A stretch of 64,000 bases of DNA from an uncultured Gemmatimonadaceae bacterium (GCA_963761305.1 CAVXGK010000001.1:416001-480000), one strand, 5' to 3'. Numbered from the stretch's first letter, positions 9,782 to 18,200 are shown. Numbers and translations are program-made. The notes: generated by a model from the sequence alone, not told the origin.

Positions 9782-11152
9782 CTACGCGCCCAACCGCAAT
9801 CTGTTCCGCCGCGGGGCGGTTGCACGAGCCGAGCGCGTCGTTAGGACGGCAAGCGACGCAATCGAAGCATCGCTAGCAACCGGCGCGAAAAGGGTGGACC
9901 ATAGCGGGCTCGCAAGCAGGCGATCAGTTATCTCGGGATCGAATTGCGTTGCCCGACAGCGGACAATTTCATTTTTGACCTGAGTCTCGCTAAGCGGCCC
10001 TCGGTATGGCCGCTCTGTGGTCATCGCATCGATAGTGTCAGCGAAGCGTATGATTCTGGCTGCGAGAGGAATGTTGTCCTCGGCCAGCCCCGTCGGGTAA
10101 CCGGTGCCATCCCAATTCTCGTGGTGATGGCGCACGGCGGGGACCAAGGCGCGCAGTTTGGTCATCGTCGCGATAAGGTTCGCGCCGTCGTCAGGATGGT
10201 CGCGAATAATCGCCCATTCTTCGGGCGTCAACTTATCCTGCTTTGAGAGAACTGACGCATACTTCTCATAGATTTTTCCAACGTCATGAAGCAATGCCGC
10301 ACGCCCAATCTCTTCAACTTGTCGGTCAGATAGCCCAATCGCACGGCCGATTGTCGTTGAAAACTGCTGCACCCGACGCGAGTGTCCAGATGTATAGGGA
10401 TCGCGTGCTTCAAGCGACTTGACCATCAGTTCAAGCAACTCCTCGTTGGTTCGCTCAAGGTCCAGATTCGCCTGCTGCACCTGGCGCAGCCCGAGGATCG
10501 GCACCCAGCACGTCGCTGCCGCGATAGCGCCGAATACGGCGTAGACCCATCCGAAGACAAAGACGAGCGGCACAACAAGGAAGTCGAGTCCGATCGTGGC
10601 TCGATGGTTCTCTTGAAGGACGGCCTTGACGCGCCGACCGTTGCTCGTCGCGATGGCGACCGCAACGATGAGGTTGTTTGCAACAAGGGCCAGGGCGAAC
10701 GCGGTGAGCGCTGGCAATCCGGCGACCCGAGTCACGTGCGTCAGGCTGTGTGAATCGGTGATGCTACCTAGTGCAATTCCACCGAGTGCCAGGTAGACCG
10801 CGACGGCAACCAATTCCATTATCGCGTGCGACGAGATGTTCAGCAGCGCTTTAATCGGTGCTCGTCGCTGCCACAGCTCGACAACGGCCTTCACCAGCAC
10901 AACGCAAGCAACGCTTGGCCAAGCGGGTACTACGACAGCAGCCGCAAAATACGGAATGAACCCGATGGACCCGCTTGCAGACGCGGGTAGCAGAAAGGTG
11001 AGCAGTTCGGCTGTAACGGCCAGCGCGCATAGAGCGAGAGCGTCGGAAACCATCGCCTCCGGAACCGATGGCGCATGCAAGTATAGGGCGGCCGTCCCGA
11101 GGACTGCCGCTGCTACAACGCAGCTCACGAACGCTAGGGTTGCTCGACGCAT
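9782..11152 (-). CDS. Membrane-anchored HD-GYP cyclic-dinucleotide phosphodiesterase
   Basis: About 7 hydrophobic N-terminal helices; DPYTSGHS, LLHDVGK, HHHENWDGTGYP, FDP motifs; GAAGGGGGT RBS before ATG at 11152. Confidence 0.9.
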   Translation of the reverse strand: MRRATLAFVSCVVAAAVLGTAALYLHAPSVPEAMVSDALALCALAVTAELLTFLLPASASGSIGFIPYFAAAVVVPAWPSVACVVLVKAVVELWQRRAPIKALLNISSHAIMELVAVAVYLALGGIALGSITDSHSLTHVTRVAGLPALTAFALALVANNLIVAVAIATSNGRRVKAVLQENHRATIGLDFLVVPLVFVFGWVYAVFGAIAAATCWVPILGLRQVQQANLDLERTNEELLELMVKSLEARDPYTSGHSRRVQQFSTTIGRAIGLSDRQVEEIGRAALLHDVGKIYEKYASVLSKQDKLTPEEWAIIRDHPDDGANLIATMTKLRALVPAVRHHHENWDGTGYPTGLAEDNIPLAARIIRFADTIDAMTTERPYRGPLSETQVKNEIVRCRATQFDPEITDRLLASPLWSTLFAPVASDASIASLAVLTTRSARATAPRRNRLRLGA

Positions 11153-11179
11153 AGGAAAACTTCGACCCCCTTCTCTCAC

Positions 11180-11230
11180 CTAAACCCAGGTCACATTCCC
11201 TGCAAACAAGCAAAGCAGGAATGCCAGCAT
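11180..11230 (-). CDS. 16-aa hydrophobic peptide MLAFLLCLFAGNVTWV (absent from ORF track)
   Basis: AAGGGGGTG RBS 6 nt before ATG; TAG stop; sits immediately before the HD-GYP RBS. Confidence 0.7.
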   Translation of the reverse strand: MLAFLLCLFAGNVTWV

Positions 11231-11256
11231 ACGCGTCACCCCCTTGGTACGTCAGT

Positions 11257-11347
11257 CACGGGTTGTTTCCCGTGCTCCAAAGTGAGCTTCGCTCAAATAC
11301 CCTGGACGGAATTGTCCTCCGCTCGTCTTCGCTTTCAGCGAGGGAGG
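11257..11347 (-). promoter_or_regulatory. Structured 5' leader with three hairpins
   Basis: Plus-strand arms CACGGG/CCCGTG (11257-74), TCCA..TGAGC/GCTCA..TGGA (11276-306), CCTCC..TCGCT/AGCGA..GGAGG (11316-47). Confidence 0.5.
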
Positions 11348-11598
11348 GGGTCGTTTTCTAGTTTTTTAAATAGTGAATTATGAGGATGGTGGACGTTCGC
11401 CGCGCTGTGTAACTCGCTCCGCGAACCCGCGCCCAGGACACGCTCTCGCGCCCCGCGCCGGGCTCGATCAGTCTGTCACTCTTCCTCAAGTATCGGCGAA
11501 GCGGTATACCACGCTGTCGACCATGATACGATTCGTTACAGAAACCGCGAGTATTCTACAATTTTGTAAACGACCCGCCGAACCTGCTCGCCCTCAAT

Positions 11599-11670
11599 CC
11601 GGTCCACCGGTCCACCGGTCCACCGGTCCACCGGTCCACCGGTCCACCGGTCCACCGGTCCACCGGTCTA
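11599..11670. repeat. Tandem 8-mer (CCGGTCCA) x9
   Basis: Direct inspection; last unit CCGGTCTA contains the stop codon of the 11668-12504 gene. Confidence 0.95.
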
Positions 11671-12504
11671 CCGATCCAGCCACCGGTTCGTCGCGTCCAG
11701 GATCGCCAGCACGCTCGCCGTCTCGGGACTCTCGCGCACTTCCGCGCTCCCCGTCATCAGCGCCGTCTCGCGGCCGTGCTTCGTCGACACACCGACGAAC
11801 ACGAAATTGCGGTCGAATGCCTCGAGGAAACGGCAGCCCTCCAACCCCAGCACGCGCTCGTCGCCCTCGGCAAGCTTGATCGCCATGAGCGAGGCGCGCG
11901 CGGCGAGCTCGATCCGAAGTCGTTCGTTCTCAATGCCTTCGGCCTCGCCCACGTACGACTCATCGCCTTTTCGCAGGGTCACGCGACACATCACGCCGCG
12001 TGTCCGGGATCTCCTGACTTCAACATCCTCGAAATAGATCCGCCGCTTGTTCAACACAGCGATCGCTTCCACGCTCGCCGGCGTAAACTGTCGCGGTGCA
12101 CTGGACAAAATGGCCGATGCCGGCGCCGAGGGCTTCAGCGGCAATGCCGGCGCGCTCCCGCTGCCGTTGCCATTGCCATTGGCGATGCCGTTGCCGTTCC
12201 CGTTGCGAGAACCCTTCTGGCTCTCGTCCGACGTCGCCACCGAAATCTTCTTGTGCGACACGTGCATGCCGAGATGCGCGATCAACGCGCTCTCCACGTT
12301 TCGAACCGTCTGCTTCGGCGTGACTTCGGTCGTCGTCAGGATGTGAATTTCGTCCACCGCTCCGTTGGGGCTGGCGACGATGCGCGCGGATATCACCCCG
12401 GGCAGCGTGGCCAAAAGCTCCTCGGCGCGCTGAATGGGTAGCACACTACCGGCGATCAGTGACGACTCGGCCGTTGGCGCAGAATTGGTGTTGGGCAGCG
12501 GCAA
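11668..12504 (-). CDS. Conserved hypothetical protein; C-terminus resembles the LeuA allosteric (regulatory) domain
   Basis: N-domain LPGVISARIV...VDEIHIL...PKQTVRNVESAL; low-complexity linker; C-terminal GSAEVRESPETASVLAILDATNR. Confidence 0.75.
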   Translation of the reverse strand: MPLPNTNSAPTAESSLIAGSVLPIQRAEELLATLPGVISARIVASPNGAVDEIHILTTTEVTPKQTVRNVESALIAHLGMHVSHKKISVATSDESQKGSRNGNGNGIANGNGNGSGSAPALPLKPSAPASAILSSAPRQFTPASVEAIAVLNKRRIYFEDVEVRRSRTRGVMCRVTLRKGDESYVGEAEGIENERLRIELAARASLMAIKLAEGDERVLGLEGCRFLEAFDRNFVFVGVSTKHGRETALMTGSAEVRESPETASVLAILDATNRWLDR

Positions 12505-12619
12505 CGCAGTACTCCGGCGTCGAAAAGGCGGGGACTTCCTCGGTAAAGACGACGCGTTCTACGCCGCGTCACGTCCCCCCGGGTAAGTATTGCCCGCATG
12601 GGACCTTAAAGGGGGCGTG

Positions 12620-12729
12620 AACATACCCCTCCTTGACCGATTTTTCAAGCACAACGTGCGCGTCTTAGCACGAATGTGAACAACTCGTTCGCGTACGTGA
12701 ATAACTCGTCGCGAACGTGCATAAGTTCC
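12620..12729 (-). promoter_or_regulatory. Sigma70-type promoter with three upstream direct repeats
   Basis: TTGAAA-17-TATGTT (12648-12620); repeats GTGAACAACTCGT 12676, GTGAATAACTCGT 12697, GTGCATAAGTTCC 12717. Confidence 0.55.
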
Positions 12730-12762
12730 GCACGCACCGCTGAATTTGGATGCTATTGCCCG

Positions 12763-14331
12763 CTACTCGAAGTTCTCTTCGGGCATCCGGTATTCTTTGA
12801 TCTTGCGATACAGGGTTCGCTCGCCGATTCCCAGCATGTCGGCGGCGCGCCGGCGATTGCCGCGCGATTCGCGCAGCGCGAGCTCGATGGCCGCACGTTC
12901 GATCTCGGCCATCGTCATGCCCGGCGTGATGCTGATGATGTTCGGCGGCGGCGGCTGATCGCGCGGCTCGATGCCCGGCACGCTCGGAACGGTTGATACA
13001 CTTGGCACACTCGGCACGCTCCCACCGGGCTGCACTTCGCCGATCCATCCGTCGTTCGGCCGGTGGTCGATGCGACGGCGCAGCTCTTCGACTTGCAGCT
13101 TGAGCTCGAGCAAGCTGCGCACGATGAACTCCAGCTCTCGTCCGCCCGCGGCGGCGGCATCCTGCGCGCGCAGCAATGGGCCGACGTGCACCGGCAACAG
13201 TCGTCCGCCGCCACCCTCCCGGATGTGCCGAGGCAGATCGTTCGGCTCGATCTCGTGATCGGGCGCGAGCACGACCATGCTCTCGATGAGATTGCGCAGC
13301 TCGCGCACGTTCCCCGGCCACGGATACTCGGCCAACCGCTGCATCGCGTCGGCCGAGATGCCGTGAAACTTGCGGTCGTGCTGGGCCGAGTAGTCGGTGA
13401 TGAAGCGGCGCACGAGCATGGGGATGTCTTCGGGACGTTCGCGCAGCGGCGGGAGATAGATGCGGAGAACGTTGAGTCGATAAAACAGATCGGCGCGAAA
13501 GCGCCCGTCGTCCACCAGCTCGCGAATCGGCTGGTTGGTGGCGGCGATCACGCGCACGTTCACCGAGATGGGCGACACGCCGCCGACGCGCATGAACTCG
13601 CGCTCCTCGAGCACGCGCAGGAGCTTGACCTGCGTGGCCGGCGGAATTTCGCCGATCTCGTCGAGAAAGAGCGTTCCCGTATCAGCAAGCTCGAATCTGC
13701 CGAGCCGGCGCTCGGCGGCGCCGGTAAAGGCGCCCTTCTCGTGGCCGAACAACTCGCTCTCGAGGAGGCTCTCCGGCAGCGCGCCCACGTTCTCGGCGAT
13801 GAACGGCTTGCTGCGGCGGTTCGACAGCATGTGGATGGCGCGGGCGACGAGCTCCTTCCCCGTTCCGCTCTCGCCTTCGATGAGCACCGTGCTCGACACG
13901 GGCGCCATCTGCTCGACCTGCACCATCACCTCGCGCATCCCGTCGCTCTCGCCGATGAGCCCCGTGATGCGCTGAAGCCGGCGGCGCTCGAGGATGCGCT
14001 TGAGCCCCGCGACGACTTCGTCGACGTCGATCGGCTTCGTGAATACCTCTATGTACCCGATGGCCCGGAGACGCACGATGAGATCGGGATCGCTCGACTC
14101 GGCCAACCCGACCGACGGCGCGCCGTCCCATAGCTGCTCCTTCACTAGCGACACGGTGAGCGGATCGGTGAGGTCGCCGGTGAATACGAGGACGTCGGGC
14201 TTTGCGCGTCTGATGGACGAGCGGATGTCGTCGAGCGGCGAGACGAGCGCTGTTTCCACGCCATCGCGCTCGAGCACGGCGTTGATGCGGACCGCCGGCT
14301 CGACGTCCTGCAACGTGAGAAGAGCTCTCAT
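12763..14331 (-). CDS. Sigma-54-dependent activator (NtrC/Fis family) with atypical receiver
   Basis: GESGTGKE, ESELFGHEKGAFTGA, LFLDEIGE, WPGNVRELRN, C-terminal Fis HTH. Confidence 0.95.
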   Translation of the reverse strand: MRALLTLQDVEPAVRINAVLERDGVETALVSPLDDIRSSIRRAKPDVLVFTGDLTDPLTVSLVKEQLWDGAPSVGLAESSDPDLIVRLRAIGYIEVFTKPIDVDEVVAGLKRILERRRLQRITGLIGESDGMREVMVQVEQMAPVSSTVLIEGESGTGKELVARAIHMLSNRRSKPFIAENVGALPESLLESELFGHEKGAFTGAAERRLGRFELADTGTLFLDEIGEIPPATQVKLLRVLEEREFMRVGGVSPISVNVRVIAATNQPIRELVDDGRFRADLFYRLNVLRIYLPPLRERPEDIPMLVRRFITDYSAQHDRKFHGISADAMQRLAEYPWPGNVRELRNLIESMVVLAPDHEIEPNDLPRHIREGGGGRLLPVHVGPLLRAQDAAAAGGRELEFIVRSLLELKLQVEELRRRIDHRPNDGWIGEVQPGGSVPSVPSVSTVPSVPGIEPRDQPPPPNIISITPGMTMAEIERAAIELALRESRGNRRRAADMLGIGERTLYRKIKEYRMPEENFE

Positions 14332-14825
14332 CGGCCGGGTGCGGGTGTATGATCGGTCGCGTCACCGCGCAGGATGGCAACCGCGTGGGCGACGATCGGA
14401 TCGAGCGCGGCGAGTCCGTCGCGCACGCCGCTGGTCGAGCCGGGCAGATTCACAATGAGAGTTTTGTGACGGACGCCGGCCACGCCGCGGGCGAGGGCGG
14501 CGCGCGGCATGTCGGTCAGCGACAGCACCCGGATTCGCTCGGCGATCCCGGGCGCTTCGCGATCGAGCACGGCGCGGGTGGCTTCGGGGGTTATGTCGGT
14601 GGGGCTGAGACCGGTGCCGCCGGTGGTAAGGATCAGGTCGGCTTGGTCCTCGTCGGCCCAGGTTGTGAGGGCGTCGACGATCTGGAGGGAGTCGTCGGGG
14701 ACGACGGCCCGCACCGCGAGCTGATAGGCGTGGGCCGAGGCCCACGCTTCTATAGTATCGCCGGACGTGTCGGCACGGTCGCCGAGCGCGGCGGAGGAGG
14801 AGATTGTCAGGATGGCAACCCGCAT
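14328..14825 (-). CDS. mog: MogA/MoaB molybdopterin adenylyltransferase
   Basis: LTIS, DTSG, TTGGTG..PTDITPEA, NLPGS motifs. Confidence 0.9.
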   Translation of the reverse strand: MRVAILTISSSAALGDRADTSGDTIEAWASAHAYQLAVRAVVPDDSLQIVDALTTWADEDQADLILTTGGTGLSPTDITPEATRAVLDREAPGIAERIRVLSLTDMPRAALARGVAGVRHKTLIVNLPGSTSGVRDGLAALDPIVAHAVAILRGDATDHTPAPGR

Positions 14826-14880
14826 CTGCCTAATTTGCGGGCTCTGGGAACGGCGTGAAAGACCAAAGGCGCGAAACTGC

Positions 14881-14938
14881 CGGTAGCCGAGAGCGGGTAG
14901 CCGAGAGCGGGTTCCGAGAGCTGGCAGCCGACAGCTGG
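14881..14938. repeat. Degenerate 14-mer tandem repeat (GGTAGCCGAGAGCG) x~4
   Basis: Direct inspection; intergenic between divergent genes. Confidence 0.8.
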
Positions 14939-15027
14939 TTATCAGTACTTCTAGGACCATAGTCCCGTCGACCAACCACTGTGTGTCTGTCTACGATGTT
15001 CGCGTGTGGCCGACGTTGGGGATTCCG

Positions 15028-17043
15028 ATGCGGATGGTCCTCGCACTTGTGCTCGAGGTCGCGACCGTGGGTTCGGCCGCGGCCCAGCAACAGCCCTCGT
15101 TACAACCGCTGGGCTACTCCAGCACCTGGATCGAGCCCACTGCACCCCAGCACATAGTCGGACCGATCTATTATGTCGGGACCCGTGGGCTCGCCGCATA
15201 TCTCATCACGACGCCGGCCGGCCACATCCTGATCGACGGCGCGCTGCCGCAGTCGGCGGCGGACGTGGCCGCATCGATTCGACAAGCGGGATTCAAACCC
15301 GAAGACATCCGCTGGCTGCTCATCACCCACGCGCGCATCGACGACGCGGGGACGCTGTCGTACTTCAAGGAACTGTCGCACGCGCACGTGGCGGTGATGG
15401 CGGGCGATACAGGTCTCGTCGCGTCGGGCGGGAAGACGGATCTCATCTACGGCACGCAGAGCTCGTTCTACTTCCCGCCCGTCACCGTCGATCGCGTGCT
15501 GCGCGATCGCGACACTGTCTCGCTCGGCAACGTGCGCCTCACGGCTCGGCTCACCGCCGGCTACACGCGCGGCGCGACGACGTGGACCATGACGGTGGGC
15601 GACAGCGGACAGACGTACAACGTCGTGTTCCCTTGCTGCACGCAGGTCGACGCGGCGTCTCGCCTCATGGACCAGCCGACGTATCCAGAGATCACCGACG
15701 ACTATCTGCACACGTTCGCGCTGCTCGACTCGCTCCAGCCGGACATCTGGCTCACGTCCCGAGCAGCCGCGTTCGACTTCGATCGCAAACGCCGAGTCGC
15801 CACGACCGAGGGTGTGGACGCGTGGATCGACCCCAACGGCTATGATCGATGGCTCGCCGGCGAAAAGGGTAAGTACGCCGCGCGCGTGCAGAAGGAGTTG
15901 CGAGCCGAAGCCGGCGGAACGCTCGCCGCGCCGGATCCCTTCTACGACCCGCCCGACTCGGTGCCGCCGCGGCCGGGCATGCTCATTCGCAGCGAAGTAT
16001 TGGCGAATCGTGATATCCCGCCGGGCACGCGGGTGTATCGGATTCTCTACACGACGACGCTCAACGACACGATGCCGGCCGTGGCCAGCGCGACGGTCAT
16101 GGCCCCGCTCAACGCGTCATCCACACCTCGCCCGGTGATCTCGTGGGCGCACGGTTCAGTCGGCATCGCCCCCAAGTGCGCGCCGTCGCTCAGAAAGAAT
16201 CCGATCGACGACGTGCCCGGGCTCGACGAGGTCATCGCCCACGGTTGGGTGCTCGTCGCGCCGGACTACACGGGACTCGGCACTGTCGAACCGAATCCGT
16301 ATCTCATCGGCGAAGGCGAGGCACGCTCGGCGCTCGATGCGGTGCGCGCGGCGCGCCAGATGAGAGGTCTCACTCTCGACCCGCGAACGGTCGTGTGGGG
16401 ACACTCGCAGGGCGGACACGCCGCGCTGTGGGAAGGCATCATCGCGCCGCACTATGCGTCGAACGCGAACGTCATCGGCGTCATCGCCGACTCGCCGCCG
16501 ACCGACATGGGCGCGCTACTCACGATCCACCGCGGCGACCCGATCGAGGCGAGCGTCGGCAGCTTCGTCGCCACCGCATACTCGCGGTTCTATCCAGACG
16601 TCGTGTTCAACCAGATCGTTCGCGCGACCGGCCGCGAGATCGCCCACAAGATGGCCGCGCTCTGCTTCGACGACGACGGCATGCGCGCCGCGCAGCCGCT
16701 GCTCGAAGAGCTCGGCAGTACTCCGCTACTGGCGAACCCGGACAGCGACGGCCTCGGCAACCGCCTGCGCCAAAACGATCCGCGCGGACTCATCACGGTG
16801 CCGCTGTTGATCGTGCAGGGACTGTCGGATCAGATGGTGAGTCCGGAGATCACGAGCCGATACGTCGAAGAGCGATGCCTGGCCGGGCAGAACCTCGAGT
16901 ATCTGACGTTCGTCGGGCTCGATCACTTGACGATCGACGGAGCCGGAACGGCGGTAGGGCCGACGCTCGTGCGATGGACGCAGGATCGGTTGGAGGGCAA
17001 GATGCAGAAGCCGGGGTGCGATCGGAAGACGATCGGGCGATAG
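15028..17043 (+). CDS. Secreted fusion: degenerate subclass B3 metallo-beta-lactamase fold + secretory lipase (LIP)
   Basis: B3 framework (YYVGT.GLAAYLITT..GHILID) with substituted Zn ligands; lipase half WAHG, PDYTGLG, GHSQGG, QGLSD, DH. Confidence 0.85.
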   Translation: MRMVLALVLEVATVGSAAAQQQPSLQPLGYSSTWIEPTAPQHIVGPIYYVGTRGLAAYLITTPAGHILIDGALPQSAADVAASIRQAGFKPEDIRWLLITHARIDDAGTLSYFKELSHAHVAVMAGDTGLVASGGKTDLIYGTQSSFYFPPVTVDRVLRDRDTVSLGNVRLTARLTAGYTRGATTWTMTVGDSGQTYNVVFPCCTQVDAASRLMDQPTYPEITDDYLHTFALLDSLQPDIWLTSRAAAFDFDRKRRVATTEGVDAWIDPNGYDRWLAGEKGKYAARVQKELRAEAGGTLAAPDPFYDPPDSVPPRPGMLIRSEVLANRDIPPGTRVYRILYTTTLNDTMPAVASATVMAPLNASSTPRPVISWAHGSVGIAPKCAPSLRKNPIDDVPGLDEVIAHGWVLVAPDYTGLGTVEPNPYLIGEGEARSALDAVRAARQMRGLTLDPRTVVWGHSQGGHAALWEGIIAPHYASNANVIGVIADSPPTDMGALLTIHRGDPIEASVGSFVATAYSRFYPDVVFNQIVRATGREIAHKMAALCFDDDGMRAAQPLLEELGSTPLLANPDSDGLGNRLRQNDPRGLITVPLLIVQGLSDQMVSPEITSRYVEERCLAGQNLEYLTFVGLDHLTIDGAGTAVGPTLVRWTQDRLEGKMQKPGCDRKTIGR

Positions 17044-17054
17044 CGCCACTGCGG

Positions 17055-18200
17055 TTACAGGTGACTTCCTTCTTTATAGAAGGGCATCTTGACCACTGTT
17101 GCCGGAACTCGCTTGCCGCGTATCTCGACCTCGAATCCAGTTCCCTCTTTGGCGAGCGCGGTAGGGAGATAGCACGTTCCGATCGGAATCCCGAGCGTGG
17201 GGCTCATGGTGCCGCTGCACACGTTGCCGCTCGCGGCGCCCTCGGCGAACACGGCGTATCCGTGCCGCGCGATGTTGCGGTCGCCGAGTGTGAATCCCAT
17301 CAGCTTCTTTGAAAGCCCCTCGGCCTTTTGCCGATTGAGCACGTCGCTGCCGACGAACTCGCCTTTCTTGAGCTTCACCAGCCAGCCGAGATTTGCCTCG
17401 AGCGGTGTGACCGTGTCGTCGATGTCGTTGCCGTAGAGCGCCATTCCCATCTCGAGGCGCAGCGTATCGCGCGCGCCGAGTCCGGCGGGGGTTATGTCGC
17501 CGGCGGCCATGAGGGCGTCCCAGAGACGCGTCGAGTATTGCACGTCGTGGTACAGCTCGAATCCGTCTTCGCCGGTGTAGCCGGTGCGCGAGACGATCAT
17601 CGGCATGCCGGAGACTTTGCCTTCGGCGAAGTGGTAGTAGCCGATCGCCGAGAGATCGACGTCGGTGAGCGGCTGGAGAATTGACGCGGCGGCGGGGCCT
17701 TGAAGGGCGAGCAATCCCATCTGGTCGCTGACGTCTTCCAACTGAACGCCGAATCGCGCGGCGTGACGGGAGATGTGCGCGAAGTCCTTGGCGACGTTGG
17801 ACGCGTTCACGACCATCATCACGCGGTCGGCGAAACGGTAGACGAGGCAGTCGTCTTCGATCGTGCCGCGGTCGTTGAGGATGGTGGAGTAGTGCACCTG
17901 GCCGATCGTGAGCGCGGCGACGTCGTTCGTCGTTACATAGTTGACGAAATCGACTGCCGAGGAACCGGGTCCTCGGATAATGAATTCACCCATGTGCGAG
18001 ACGTCGAATAGTCCGCAGCGTTCGCGGACGGCCTTGTGTTCGACGGTGATGCCGGCGGGATACTGCACCGGCATCTCGTAGCCCGCGAAGGGGACGATCT
18101 TCGCGCCCAGGGCGACGTGTTTTTCGTAGAAGGGCGTGCGCTTGAGCACGCCGGGCTCGGCGTCGTGCGAGGCCGTGGGTGAAGGGGCTGATGTCGTCAT
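17055..18200 (-). CDS. gcvT: Glycine cleavage system aminomethyltransferase
   Basis: FAGYEMPVQY, FDVSHMGE, SRTGYTGEDGFE, GARDTLRLE. Confidence 0.97.
   Translation of the reverse strand: MTTSAPSPTASHDAEPGVLKRTPFYEKHVALGAKIVPFAGYEMPVQYPAGITVEHKAVRERCGLFDVSHMGEFIIRGPGSSAVDFVNYVTTNDVAALTIGQVHYSTILNDRGTIEDDCLVYRFADRVMMVVNASNVAKDFAHISRHAARFGVQLEDVSDQMGLLALQGPAAASILQPLTDVDLSAIGYYHFAEGKVSGMPMIVSRTGYTGEDGFELYHDVQYSTRLWDALMAAGDITPAGLGARDTLRLEMGMALYGNDIDDTVTPLEANLGWLVKLKKGEFVGSDVLNRQKAEGLSKKLMGFTLGDRNIARHGYAVFAEGAASGNVCSGTMSPTLGIPIGTCYLPTALAKEGTGFEVEIRGKRVPATVVKMPFYKEGSHL

Noticed and set aside
11231..11370. Known c-di-GMP-I (GEMM) riboswitch
   Set aside because: Lacks the GGCAAAC...GAAA...GACGCAAA consensus; kept only as an unknown structured leader
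11373..11879. 168-aa plus-strand ORF with STGPPVHR repeats
   Set aside because: Translation of the 8-mer array, antisense to a real gene
12676..12729. DnaA-box cluster / oriC
   Set aside because: Only partial matches to TTATCCACA, no AT-rich unwinding element or dnaA/dnaN context; better explained as regulator sites
15028..15900. Functional carbapenemase/B3 resistance gene
   Set aside because: Most zinc-binding histidines are substituted
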